DNA from: Mobula hypostoma
Lineage: Eukaryota
Length of the DNA stretch: 64,000 nucleotides
Assembly (NCBI RefSeq): GCF_963921235.1
Contig: NC_086097.1
Location: 23,004,001-23,068,000 of the forward strand
Direction of reading: 5' to 3'
The notes beneath the pieces are model-generated. The model ran no database searches. It was not told where the DNA came from and was given only the letters and a program-made list of their open reading frames with translations. This document shows positions 49,941-63,570 of the stretch, in pieces. Every line of letters starts with the position of its first letter. The first letter of the stretch is position 1. The translations under genes were made by a program, and so were the position numbers.

Positions 49941-52083
49941 CACCTCTCTTCAACCCAAAGAGCCAGACAGGTGATCCATCCTGGCCTTCTCTTGAGATAG
50001 CGATCATCAAGGAAACTTGTATTCAGCACGTTCAATTAACCCCACATCGGGAAATAGCTACCACTGGGAATATGCAGACCTTTAGATGAATTGTAGAGTG
50101 GATCTACTCAAATTTTAAATATTTATTTAGTTATAAATATTAATTTCCAAATCATTTGTTTTTCCTGGAACCTGAAGTATTGTGTGATGATTGACCGAAA
50201 GAAACACCTTTTTTTTTATTGGGAAATTTAAGATTGCAATAATAATCAAAAAAATTGAGCCAGCACTCCTTGGACAGAACTCAGGAAACTTTTGAATGTA
50301 TAAGAGGTGGCAGAAGTAGCCTGCAAATGAAATTTGATGCTAAGACAACTGTTTAAACAGAAACCAGTATTTAATAGTTTTCAATGGCCCTGGAATAATT
50401 GCTTGGTCTTCATTGACTGAAGCCTTTTGGTCACACCTGTCTGTCACAATCAGCCCAATGCTCTATTGTTTCCACACTCACCACTGAGTGTCCAGGGATA
50501 TCTCACAGTCACCAGATTAATCAGTGACGGATTTCCACCATCCAGGATACATCCTTTTCTCATTACTACCATCAGATTTCTGAACTGTCCATGGATACCA
50601 TCTCATTATTCATCTTCTGCACTATTTACTTGTTTTTGTAACAGAGTATTTTTTATGTCTTGCAATGACCTGCTGCTGCAAAACAATGAATTTTATGACA
50701 TATGTCAGTGATATTAAACCTGATTCTGTCAGAGATCCAACTCTGTAGGTTGAGCTGCCCCTCAAGCATCAGACTCTTGAACAAAAGGGGGTAACTACAC
50801 TCATTTGCCCATCCAGTGAGATGCTTCCGCAGACAATGATCTCACTTTAAGGACTCTTTATCTCATTATCTCATGTTCTCATTATTTATTGTTATTTCTT
50901 TATATTTGCATTTGCACAATTTGTTGTCTTCTGCACTCTAGTTGATCTTTCATTGACCCTGTTATAGTTATTTCTATAGACTTGCTGAGTATGCCCGCAG
51001 GAAAAGGAATCTCAGGGTTGTATATGGTGACACATATGTACTTTGGATAATAAATTTACTTTGAGCATCGAACTCTAGGTTGAACAGAGGAGTTTTACGA
51101 GGGAATCACTCAGTCCGTGTTTGCTTTTGCAAGGTGACACATTGCGAGCATCTACAAGTATATTACATTGACGAGTTACCAGTGAACCACTGCTGCATCT
51201 GGAAGGAGCTAGATAATGAGAAAGGGTAGAGATGAATGGGTGAACATTGCATTTCCTGCAGTTGCTCAGGGGAACTGACAAGAGAATTAGAGTGGGTGTT
51301 AGTGAGGATGGAAAAGTGAACCAGCAAGTCATTGAAAGTTGAAAGTCGATGGGAGGGGACGATTTGTCAGATGGTGACATTATGTTAGAGATGGTAGCAA
51401 TTATAGATGATTGGCTGAAAATTGAGATAGGTGAAGACATGGTAAGGAACCCACACAAAATGCAACAAATCAGGCAGCATCCGGAGTTCAGTGTAAATTT
51501 ATGATCAAAGTACATGTGTGTCACCATATACTGCCTTGAGATTCATTTTCTTGCAGGCATTTACAGGAAAATAAAGGAATACGATAGAAACTATGAATAC
51601 CAAAGATTGAGAAACACCCAAAGCGCAAAAGGCAAGTTGTGCAAATTATTTAACAAATTAAACAAATAATACTGAGTTGCAGAATTCTTGAAAGTGAGTC
51701 TGTAGGTTGTGGAGTCAGAGTTGAAGTGAGTGAAGTTATCCACAGAAGTTTGGGAGCCTGATGGTTCTGGGGTAATAACTGTTCCTGAACGCGGTGGTGT
51801 GGGACTGCAGACTCCGGAACCTCATCTCCAATGCTGGTAGCGAGAAGACAGCATGGGTGAAGGTCCTTGATGAGGGATACTGCTTTCTTGTGCAGCGCTT
51901 CATGTAAATAAGCTCAATGATGGGGAGCAGCTTGTCGGTGACAGTCTGGCCTGTATCCACCCCTGTTTGTAGACATCTTCATTCAATGGAGGGGAATAAA
52001 CAGTTGACGTTTCAGTCCAAGACCGTTTTCTTTTGGATTGTAAAGATGTTAATGACCACAGGATTGGTAGGACTGTTGTAACT

Positions 52084-52925
52084 CATACTCAGTAGCCTCT
52101 TTATTAGGTACATCTCTACACCTACTCATTAATGCAAATATCCAGTGAAGCAATCGTGGCAGCAACTCACTGCATAAAAGCATGGAGACATGATCAAGAG
52201 TTTCAGTTGGTGTTCAGACTAAACTTCAGAACGGGGAAGAAATGTGTTCAAAATGACTTTGACTGTGAAATTATTGCTGGTGTATGGTATATGGAGGAAT
52301 TTAAGGTGGGGGCTTATATGAGAGGCAGGGTTTGAGGGTCGGCACAACATTGTGGGCCGAAGGGCCTGTACTGTGCTATGTTCTATGTGTCAGATGGGGT
52401 GGGTGAGGTGAGTATCTCTGAAACTGCTTATCTCCGGTGACTTTCACACACAACACTCTCTAGGGCTTAGATAAAATGGGGAGAAAAGCAAAAAAAAAAT
52501 CCAGCGAGTGGCAGTTCTGTGGGCAAAAATGCCTGTTAATAAGAGAGGTCACAGAAGTATGGCCAGATGGGCTCAAGCTGACAGGAACTCGAATAACCAC
52601 TCGTTATAACAGTAACATGAGAAATTCTGCAGATGCTGGAAATCCAAAGCAACAAACACAAAATGCTGGAGGAGCTGAGCAGGTCAGGTAGTGTCTATGG
52701 AAATGAGAAAACAGTCGATGTTTCAGGCCGAGACCCTCCTTCAGGAAGAGGGGGCTCATCCCGAAATATCAACACTTTGTTCATTTGTGCCTGGCCTGCT
52801 GAGTTCCTCCAGCATTTTGTGTGCGTTGCATTAGAATAGTGCAGAAGAGCATCTCTGAATGCACAATTCGTCAAACCTTAAAGTAGATGAGCTACAGGAG
52901 GCAACTAATAAAATGGCTAGTGAAT
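52084..52925 (+). mobile_element. Tc1-like remnant interrupted by a CR1 tail and an inverted Penelope pseudo-LTR pair (52615-52830)
   Basis: Same family as 20786 and 23293 in the opposite orientation. Arms cacaaaatgctggaggagctgagcagg / cctgctgagttcctccagcattttgtg. Confidence 0.7.
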
Positions 52926-54060
52926 GTCGATTAGAATGGCTGGAGCAAGTATAAGGGTCTGGCTGGACTCTGCCTAATCCTATCTTTTATATTATGGTGA
53001 GTGGCAGAACTGACTTGAACAGATAAATATCTTATTGTTTCAATTTTCTAAACAGGGACGGGTGGCTGAAAGGTTTATTCTTTCCAGCAATGGAAAGATG
53101 ACACTGGTTATTTTTTTTCCCTCCTGGCTTATGTTATTACTTGATATTTCCACAGAATATGCATGGGATATGTATGCACTGGAATATTTAAGATGATTGG
53201 TGTCTGAGAGTTTCTGCTGTGAAACAGATGGTGACAGAGAGGGCACTGAGAGAAATTTGTGGCTCACTTTGCAATTTGCTTGCAAAATTGCTCGTGGTTG
53301 AAACTGCCGGTTATCATAGATGATTTTTTTTTTCTTTTGCCATTTCATGTAAATCCGAAGGAAATTTATATAATGTAAAATGACAACTGATGGAGAGAAT
53401 ATGATAGAAAGAGTTGAGAGATTTTTGAGTAGCATGAGTCATGTTTGAGAAAGATAGTAATTTATGACTGGAACGCCTCTGTGAATTTAATTATTCACGC
53501 TTGCAAAGTGGATTTCCACATGATGGCTGATGCCATTGACATAAAATCCTAAAAACTGTTGTGTCTCCATTTATCAAAACCTGCCATGGTCAGCTTGCTG
53601 CTGAACCTTTCCTCCTCCTGCCTTTTAACTTGCAGTGGTCCTGATCTGTGATGGTATTGAGAGAGATGGAGCATTTTAGAGGTATGTTTTGCAGAAAATA
53701 CCAAGCTTACACGTAAGGTGTGGTTCCCACTGCTGTCTGAAAGGAGTTTGTACGTTCTCCCCATGACCACATCGGTTTCCTGAGGTGCTCCGGTTTCCTC
53801 CCACAATTCAAAGACATTCATAGAACATAGAATAGTACAGCACAGTACAGGACCTTCGGCCCACATGGTTGTGCAACCCTGAAACTCTGCCTCCCATATA
53901 ACCCCCCACCTTAAATTCCTCCATATACCTGTCTAGTAGTAATTAACATTGGTATGTTAATTAGTCATTGTGAATTGTCCCATGATGAGGCTAGGATTAC
54001 ATTGGGAGTTGCTGCCTGGCACAGTTTGAAGAGCAGGAAGGGCCTGTTCTACACTGTATC

Positions 54061-54575
54061 ATAGTCATACTTTATTGATCCCATGGGGAAATTGGTTTTT
54101 GTTACAGTTGCACCATAAATAATAAATAGTAATAAACCATAAATAGTAATATGTAAATTATGCCAGGAAATAAGTCCAGGACCAGCCTATTGGCTCCAAG
54201 GGAGGAGTTGTAAAGTTTGATGGCCACAGGCAGGAATGACTTCCTATGATGCTCTGTGTTGCATCTCGGTGGAATGAGTCTCTGGCTGAATGTACTCCTG
54301 TGCCCACCCAGTACATTATGTAGTGGATGGGAGACGTTGTCCAAGATGGCATGCAACTTAGACAGCATCCTCTTTTCCGACACCACCGTGAGAGAGTCCA
54401 GTTCCATCCCCACAACATCACTGGCCTTACGAATGAGTTTGTTGATTCTGTTGGTGTCTTCTACCCTCAGCCTGCTGCCCCAGCACACAACAGCAAAAAT
54501 GATAGCACTGGCCACCACAGACTCGTAGAATATCCTCAGCATCGTAATGTTAAAGGACCTCAGTCTCCTCAGGAA
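54061..54575 (-). mobile_element. Rex1/Babar-like LINE 3' fragment inside a SINE tail
   Basis: Open minus frame FLRRLRSFN..MLRIFYESVVASAIIFAVVCWGS...SHPLH...RKSFLPVAIKLYN. Confidence 0.8.
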
Positions 54576-55189
54576 TATCTCAATAAATAAATACATTTAC
54601 CAAACTAAGAAGGCCTCAGTGGTTTAGTGGTTAGCACAACAATTTACAGTGCTGGTTGTAAGATCAGGATTCAAGTTTATTTATTTAAGATTCAAGATTA
54701 CAGAATGTTTATTGTCTTTCATCAGTACACAGGTGCAAAGGAGAAGAAAATGATTGTTACTCTGGATCTGATGCAGCATGAGAAACACAATATGCATAAA
54801 CAACACAATAAAAACATAGAACTATAAATACATAAGTTTATCTTATTTCCATAGGCTGATTGTATGTCCATAAAGTGAAGCTAGGTACAGGAGTATCTGT
54901 ACATAAGGTGAGTCTGACGTGAAATAATAAAGTAGTGGTGGTGGGATGGATTAATGTGTGGAGGCATTGTTCAGCTTGATAGCTGAAGTGAAATGCCTCT
55001 GGTGGTCTTGGAATGGATGCTACATAGCCTCTTCTCTGATGGGAATAGGACAACCAGTCTATGAGCAGGGTGGGTGGGTTCCTTTGTGATATTGCCGGCC
55101 TTCATCTGACACCTTTCTGAATATATGTCCTTGATAGTAGGTAGGCTGGTGCCTGTGATGTGCAGGACAATTTAAACTCCCTGTTATAG

Positions 55190-57165
55190 AAAGCCTGCAG
55201 CACAAAGCTGTGCCGAACATGTCCTTACTTTAGAAATTATCTAGGGTAACTCATAGCCCTCTATTTTACGAAGCTCCATGTACCTATCCAGGAGTCTCTT
55301 AGAAGATCCTATCATATCTGCCTCCACCACTGTCGCTGGCAGCCCATTCCATGCACTCACCACTCTCTACGTAAAAAAATTACCTCTGACATCTCCTTTG
55401 TACCTACTTCCAAGCACCTTAAAACTGTGCCCTCTTGTGGCAGCCATTTCACCCCTGGGAAAAAGATTCTGACTATCCACATGATCAATGCCTCTCATCA
55501 TCTTATACACCTCTATCAGGTCACCTCTCATCCTCCGTCACTCCAAGGAAAAAAGGCTGAGTTCTCTCAACCTATTCTCATAAGGTACGCCGTCCAATCC
55601 AGGCAACATCCTTGTAAATTTCCTCTGCAGCCTTTCTATGGTTTCCACATTCTTCCTGCAGTGAGGCGACCAGAACTGAGCACAGTACTCCAAGTGGGGT
55701 CTGACCAGGGTCCTATATAACTGCAACATTACCTCTCGACTCCAAAACTCAATCCCACGATTGATGAAGGCCAACACACCGTATGCCTTCTTAGCCACAC
55801 AGTCAACCTGTGCAGCAGTTTTGAGTGTCCTATGGACTCAGACCCCAAGATCCCTCTGATCCTCCACACTCCCAAGAGTCTTACCATTAATACTATATCC
55901 TGCCATCATATTTGACTTACCAAACTGAACCACCTCACTCTTATCTGGGTTGAAGTCCATCTGCCACTTATCAGCTCAGTTTTGCATCCTATCGATATCC
56001 TGCTGTAACCTTTGACAGCCCTCCACACCATCCACAACACTCCCAACCTTTGTATCATCAGCAAATTTACTAACCCAAGCCTCTACTTCCTCATCCAGGT
56101 CATTTATAAAAATCATGAAGAGAGGGGCTCCCAGAACAGATCCCTGAGGCACACCACTGGTCACCGACCTCCATGCAGAATATGACCCGTCTACAACCAC
56201 TCTTTGCCTTCTGTTGCCAAGCCAATTCAGGATCCGCAAAGCAATGTCCCCTTGGATCCCATGCCCCCTTACTTTCTCAATAAACCTTGCATGGGGTACC
56301 TTGTCAAATGTCTTGCTGAAATCCGTATATACTACATCTACAGCTCTACCTTCATCAATGTGTTTAGTCACATCTTCAAAAACTTTAATCAGGCTCGTAA
56401 GGCACGACTTACCTTTGACAAAGCCATGTTGAGTATTCCTAATCATATCATGTCTCTCCAAATGTTCATAAATCCTGCCTCTCACGATCTTTTCCATCAA
56501 TTTACTGATCACTAAAGTAAGACTCACTGGTCTATAATTTCCTGGGCTACCTCTACTCCCTTTCTTGAATAAGGGAAGAATATTCACAACCCTTCAGTCC
56601 TCCGGAAACTCTCCCGTCCCCATTGATGATGCAAAGATCATTGCCAGAGGCTCAGCAATCTCCTTCCTTGCCCCCCACAGTAGCCTAAGGTACATCTCAT
56701 TCAGTCCCGGTGACTGATCCAACTTGATGCTTTCCAAATGCAAAAGCACATCCTCGTTCTTAATCGCTATATGCTCAAGCTTCTCAATCCACTGTAAGTC
56801 ATCCCTACAATTGCCAAGATCCTTTTCCATAGTGAATACTGAAGCAAGTATTCATTAAGTACCTCTGCTATCTCCTCTGGTTTCATACACACTTTTCCAC
56901 TGTCACACTTGATTGGTCCTATTCTCTCACATTTTATCCTCTTGCTCTTCACATACTTGTAGAATGCCTTGGAGTTTTCCTTAATCCTGTCCGCCAAGGC
57001 CTTCTCATGGCCCCTCCTGGCTCTCATAATTTCATTCTTAAACTCCTTCCTGTTAGCCTTATAATCTTCAAGATCTCTATCATTACCTAGTTTTTTGAAC
57101 CTTTTGTAAGCTTTTCTTTTCTTCTTGACTCGATTTACAACAGCCTTTGTACACTACGGTTCCAT
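55190..57165 (-). mobile_element. CR1/HER1 LINE, ~2 kb, decayed reverse transcriptase
   Basis: PGNYRPVSLT, QHGFVKGKSCLT, DFSKTFDKVPH, SGVPQGSVLG, KFADDTK and LVRPHLEYCAQFWSP, spread over several frames. Confidence 0.95.
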
Positions 57166-57487
57166 TTTATCATCTGAAAATCCAAACATACAGTGAAAGG
57201 CATCACTTGCATCAACAATCAACACACCTGACGGAGTGCTAGAGGCAGCCCACAGGTGTCGCCACATATTCCAATGTCAACATAACCTGCCCACGATGCT
57301 CAGAACATGACAAATAACGAAAACAACAACAGCAAAACAAGCCCCATTCCTCCCTCCTACCTGCGCACGTACACAGTCCTCCAATCCCAAGATAATCCAT
57401 CTTCTTTGGCCTCCAGCCTACAGCAGACTTGGATTCAGACTCAGACATGCAGGCCTCGGACCTTGATTACCCCAGCGGACTTGCAGA

Positions 57488-57590
57488 CTTCGTCCTGACG
57501 AAGGTTCTTGGCCTGAAACGTCAACTGTACCTCTTCCTAGAGATGCTGCCTGGCCTGCTGCGTTCACCAGCAATTTTGATATGTGTTGTG
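57488..57590 (+). ncRNA. 103-nt Penelope-derived insertion consisting of a hammerhead motif plus tail
   Basis: GTC-CTGACGA-AGGTTCTTGGCCT-GAAA-CG-TC-AACTG. 8-bp direct repeat CTTGCAGA at 57480-57487 and 57591-57598. Confidence 0.65.
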
Positions 57591-59009
57591 CTTGCAGAGA
57601 TTGGAGTTCAATCTCCAGCACTGTCTGTAAGAAGTCTGTATGTTCTCCCCATGACTGTATGGGTTGCCTCTGGGTGCTCCAGTTTCCTTTCACGTTGCAA
57701 AGACATACAGTTTAGGGTTAGTAAATTGTGGGCGTGCTATGCTGGTGCCAGAGGCATGCTGACACTTGTGGGCTGCCCAGCACATCCTCAACACAAACAA
57801 TACATTTCACTGTACAGTACATGTGACAAATTATACTAATCTCTTGAAAAACCCTCTTTCAACAGCAAACATACTGGACCATTGCTCCATAGACCCATGT
57901 TCTGATCCACTATAGCATCTTGGGGAACTTAAACTTGATTGATGAAATAAATCTGGAAGTTAAACGAAGGTGACTGCAGAACTAGTCATAAAATTCCACG
58001 TCATGTAAGGCAGTGATAATAAGACTGATTATGATTCTGGTTAGATTATATATGAACCCTGTTCATAAATATTCTTTGGCAAATCAAATCTATTGCCTTT
58101 ACTTGTCAAATCTTTATGGAACTCCAGGTCCATCAATGTGATTGACTTTTAGTGACTCCTAGCGCTGAGGCAATTCAGGATGGACAATAGGTAACAGAAC
58201 ACAGAAAATTACCACACATTGCAGGTCCTCCATCCCAAAATAATTGTTGGCATTTTCAGTAGTGTCTACTTTTTTCAAATAAGTATGTAGAAGTAAAAAT
58301 ATTTGTACACCAGAAATTCCAACAGGAAAATAAAAGGAAACTTCCCTCCTCAATATGTCAAACGTGGAACTGACTATCATGGAAAATGTTTACAAAAACT
58401 ATCTTCGAACTTTGAAAACATGAATAAAAACAATGCTTGAGGAAGAAGGGAATAGAAAGCTATGTTGAAAGCCTAAGAGGAGGGTGGTTCAGTGGGTGGA
58501 GACTATTGGGGTTCATAATAGATCAGGTAGACTGAATGGCTTGGCTCTTTGCTGAATATTTTATGCAATTCTTTGTATATTGAATTCCCATGTTTTAGAA
58601 AAATATTGCACACTTCCCAAGAGATCTGTGTCTGAGATTCTGCTCCAAAGAGTGCTCTTTCAGTTCTTCATCTAATCCTATCCTTTTGTCTTATATTTAT
58701 GGCAAACTAGATATGAGCACGTCAATAAATTCAGGGACAAAATGATGGCAGAATCCTTTGATTCAAAACCTTCCTTTATATTTTTTGCTCAGTTCTTATT
58801 ACCAATGAAATGGTGCTGAAATTATGACTATTAAGGGAAGGTGAAATGCAGGGGGAAAGCAAAACAAGACTACGCACAGCAAAATAAAGAGGAGAACATT
58901 GGGTAAAGGAAGTGCCAATGAATCAGCTTGCATTAATGGTGTATGATGAGTTACCTCTGTGAAGCAGCAAAATTAAATTGTCAAGGAATTTGTAGAGGAG
59001 TTGCATGAG

Positions 59010-59300
59010 GAGTGGCATAGCGTTTAGTTTTACGCTGTGAGATCGGGTTTTAATTGCTGCTGTCTGTAAGGCTGCTTTCACATTCACTCTGTGACTGTGT
59101 GGGTTTTGTGCGGGTGCTCTGGTTTCCTCCAACATTCCAAGGGTGTATGAGCTAGGATTAGAAAGATGTGGGCATGCTCTGTTGGCACTGGAAGCATGGC
59201 AACACTCGTGGGCCGCCCAGCACAACCCTCGCTGATTTGATTTGATGTAAACAGGTGCATGTCACTTTGTGTTTTGATGTATAGAAAATAAAGCAAATCT
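59010..59300 (+). mobile_element. V-SINE variant
   Basis: V core gtgggttttgtgcgggtgctctggtttcctcc with the alternative 3' part gggcatgct...ttggcactggaagcatggcaacact, also seen near 25400, 27600 and 57600. Confidence 0.7.
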
Positions 59301-59504
59301 TTAAATCTCTATCTTTGAGGTAGGTCAATGACATGGGTTCTCAAAGTAGAGAACAGTAGGAGAGAGAGAAGGCTAATACCATACTGAAAATGGCACAATG
59401 CATTTATGAGGGGTTGGTATCTGGAAGCTAGGATTGTGAAGTACAGACGTGCAAGGGAGTATAGAGGTGGGGGGCCAAGATGAGGTGACACAATGTACAC
59501 AACA

Positions 59505-60085
59505 TATTAGACCATAAGACCATAAGATTTAAGAGAAGCATTAAGCCATTTGGCCCATTGAGTCTGCTTTGCCATTTCATCGTGGCTGATCCATTTTCCC
59601 TCTTAGCCCCAATCTCCTGTCTTCTCCCCATATCCCTTCATGCCTTGACCAGTCAAGAATCTATCAATATCTGCCCTAGGTAAACCCAGTGACTTGGCCT
59701 CCACAGCCACCTGTGGCAACAAATTGCACAGATACACCACTCTCTGGTGACAGAAGTTCCTTCTCATCTCTGTTCTAAAAGGATGTCCCTCTATTTTGAG
59801 GCTGTGTCCACTGATCTTAGGCTCCCCCATCATAGGAAATATCATCTCCACATGCACTCTATCGAGACCTTTCGACATTTGATAGGTTTCAATAAGGCAC
59901 CCATCATTCTTCTGAATTCCGGTGATTGGAGGCCCAGAACCATCAAACGCTCCTCGTATGACAAGCCTTTCAATCCTGGAATCATTTTTGTGAACCTCTT
60001 TTGAATCCTCTCCAGTTTCAGTATGTCCTTTCTGAGATAAGGGGCCCAAAACTGCTCACAATACTCCAAGTCAGGCCTCAGCGGT
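59505..60085 (-). mobile_element. CR1/HER1 LINE 3' fragment, continued at ~61095-61960
   Basis: EYCEQFWAPYLRKDILKLERIQKRFTKMIPGLKGLSYEERL. It is split by a Rex-like LINE and a solo LTR. Confidence 0.85.
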
Positions 60086-60087
60086 GC

Positions 60088-61090
60088 TCAAAGTTCAAAG
60101 TAAAATATATTATCAGAGTACATATATATCACCACATACAACCCTGAGATTCTTTTTCCTGTGGGCATACTTAGCAAAACAGTGACTGCATACAGTCACT
60201 GAACAACAAACTGTGCAAATACAAATGTAAATAAATAGCAATAAATAATGAGAGCATGAAATAACAAGATAAAGAGACATTAGGGTGAGACCATCAGTTG
60301 TGGGAACACCAGAAATAGAATCAGTGGAGCTCTCCCCTTTTGTTCAAGAGCCTGATGGTTGAGTGGTAGTAACTGTTCTTGAAATTGGTGGTGCGAGTCC
60401 TGAGGCTCTTGGATCTTTTACCTGATGGCAGCAGCGAGAAACGAGCAAGGCCTGGGTGGTGAGGATCTTTGATGATAGATGCTGCCTTTCTACAGCACCG
60501 TTTCATGTAGATATGCTCACTGGTTGGGAGGGTTTTACCCATGATAGACTCGGCTGAATCCATGACCTTTTGTAAGACTTTATTCTCAAAGGCATTGGTA
60601 TTCCCACACCAGTCGGTAATACAGCCAGTCAGTACATATTTCACTGCACAAGTTTGTCAAAGTTTTTGATGACATGCCAAATCTCCAAGGACTCCGAAGG
60701 AAGTAGAGGTGCTGCTGTGCTTTCTTTGCAATTACTTCTGTACGATAGGCCCAGGACAGGTCCTCTGAGATAGTGACACCCAGGAATTTAAATTTACTGA
60801 CCCTCTCCACCTCTGATCCTCCAATGAGGACTGGCTCATGGACCACTGGTAGACTCACTGATAGACTCTCACGGACCTCTCATTGAACTACTGATTGACT
60901 CTCCTGAAATCTACTATCAGTTTCTCGGTCTTGCTGATACTGAGTGATTGCTTGTTGTTATTACACCACTCAGCCAAATTTTCAATCTCCCTCCTGTATG
61001 CTGATTCATCACCACATTTGATACGGCCCACGACTGTGGTGTCATCAGCAAACTTGTATGTGGTGTTGGAGTTGTATTAGCCACATGGTC
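60088..61090 (-). mobile_element. Rex1/Babar-like LINE RT fragment
   Basis: The minus strand encodes KFADDTTVVGRI, FKFLGVTISEDLSW and KAASIIKDPHHPGLARFSLLPSGKR. The tail is (TTTGAAC)-like. Confidence 0.85.
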
Positions 61091-61152
61091 ATAGGTGTAA
61101 AGGAGTAGAGTAGAGCTTTATAAGGCCTCAACATTACATCCTTGCTTTTATA

Positions 61153-61760
61153 TGTAACGTTCAGTTATATTGGCTCGTGTATGTCTAGGGGAAATCCAGC
61201 CCAGCACCTGCCTCAACACTCCCCACAGGGTCGTATGCCGCTCGAATCAATCACAAACATCAATCATCAGCCAGCACACCCAGTAAATTTTAACAAATAC
61301 ACTTTATAGATATTACTAATTCTATGACATTAATATACATTTGATACAGAGAGGAAAGTAATGAAAAAAAAAGGCGCCAACACTTATCAAAGTCCAAGTT
61401 CTTTGCACGCTACGTTGGAGCTCAATTCGACTTCAGACGACCACTCGAATTCCGTCGACTCACGGCTCGAGACCACCCTGAGTGATCGACCGGAGCCTCT
61501 CCACACGTCTGCGGTCCTCCTCGTCTCTCCTCCGACTTCCCGCCAAAACTCAGTCCACAGTCATATCATACAGCATGGCATCCGAAAACAAAACGATACA
61601 TAACCACCCATTGGCTAATGGAACCCTGTTATCTCATTTTAAAGTAAAACAAACTGCTAGCGCAAACTCTCTTCAGCGTTAAAGCACAACAAAGCCGCAT
61701 TCCCCAGATTAACATAACAAAGTCGCTATTTTAAATGTAACAAAAGAAAGACCCCATACA
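61153..61760 (-). mobile_element. Complete solo LTR (608 bp, Gypsy-type)
   Basis: TGTA...TACA termini with 4-bp TSD TATA at 61149-61152 and 61761-61764. The flanks rejoin into the CR1 sequence seen at 12683-12715. There is a CCAAT box on the minus strand. Confidence 0.9.
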
Positions 61761-62849
61761 TATATTATAATCCTCTTGAAATGAATGCTAATATTGCATT
61801 TGTCTTCCTCACCACTTACTCAACCTGCGGACTAACCTTTGGGGAATCCTGCACAAGGACTCCTAAGTCCCTTTCCACCTCAGATTTTTGAATATTCTCT
61901 CCATTTAGAAAATAGTCTATGTTTTTATTTCTTCTACCAAAGAGCATGACTATATATCTCCAACACTGTATTCCATGTGTTCTTTAAATCAAGAAGATAA
62001 AATGCACCGATCCTGTGCATTGGTGCCTCCAGACCAGCCAGTGATGCAACCAGCCAGGCTTCTCTCCAAGGTACAACAGGAATCGAGTACAACTCTGTTA
62101 TATTAGCATTTGTTATATTGCACATTTAGTTCTGCAGGTCAGGGTACATTTGTAGCCAGTCTCCTCTTCCTGAGCTTCGACATAGCCTGAAGATCAAGAT
62201 GTGAGCAGCCTCTGCACGCTAAATTTAAAACTGAGGATTAAATTGAAAACTGTGTTGCACTGACATTACTTTACTGCTTGTTAAGTAGAATACTCAAGGT
62301 CACTCTTGTCTTCATGTCTTTTCCTGCAGTACTCCCAAGGATGTAATGCAAATTTGCTTTTTTTTTGAAAGGAAATGCAAAAAGCAAGATTATTACAGCC
62401 CTCTTGTGAGTTTGACTTGAGTTATTAGGGTTTGTCTCTTCTTTGTAATAAATGGAGTAGGTACCATTCCCTGCTGTGTATCTTTGATCTGCTGTCTTAC
62501 TATCATCTCTTCCCTGGGCATACATCTGCTTGACGAACACAGCCACCCACCTCAATTATCTTTATAGAGATCAGCGGTCGCTTTAGGAGTATTGCTTTTC
62601 TTTTCCACGGCAGGTTCCCGTGAAATCGACGTGGTAATCAATATTCAGACTAATTGATGCCTCAGTTTAGAAAGACTTCATGTGAAATTGAGCCCAGAAT
62701 ACATTGTCAGCTGTTGACTTAGTTGATGGCACTCTGGAACCTAACTTGAAAGGGTCTGATTCACACCCGGGAAAGTGTGCTGTATGGCTCCTTGCAAGGT
62801 AGACTGCAGAAAGTATTCCAGGAATGGTCATATAGAGATAGAGGGAGTT

Positions 62850-63570
62850 ATGTGCACCAAGTTCTTTGGAGATCACATCATGGATGACTTCACCTGGTCT
62901 TTTACTGTCACCTCCCCAAACACAAAGGCACAGCAGTGCCTTCAATTCCTAAGGAGATGAAGACAACTGAAGCTCCTGCTCGCCCATCTTAACTGAATTT
63001 TAAAGAAGCACCATTGAGAGCGTTCTCACAAGTTGCATCTCCGTCTGGTATGGGAGCAGCAGAGCATTGGACCAGAAGACCTTACAAGGAATATGAGAAC
63101 GGCTGAAAGGATCATAGGGGTCTCCCTACCAGCGAACGGGGACATCTATCAGGAGCGCTGCAAATGCAGGGCCCTTATCAAGGATCTGACCCATCCATGC
63201 AGCAACCTCTTTGACTGTCTACCATCAGGAAGGAGACTCCAATACATAAAAACAAGAATGATTATGATGGGAAACAGCCTTTTCCCTCAGGTCGTTAGGC
63301 TTCTGAACTGCCTGCCGCATCGCATTTGAAGTATCATCAGCTAATCTGTTCTGTACCTTACAATACTTAATTTATGCACTCTACTTTGTTTATCTATGTG
63401 TGTAATTCATATGTAGATTTTATCCTTAAATTCCAAAGTTATTGTGTGTTATATGCGTGTTATGTGTAATACTGTGCTTTACACCCTGGTTTGGAAGAAT
63501 GTTGTCTCGTTTGACGGTATACATGCACATAGTTAAATGACAATGAACATGACTTGACTTGAAAAGTAAT
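62850..63570 (+). mobile_element. Rex1/Babar-like LINE 3' fragment
   Basis: KAQQCLQFLRR...RTAERIIGVSLP...HPCSNLFDCLPSGRR...FPQVVRLLN, with tail (ACTTG)n. Confidence 0.75.
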
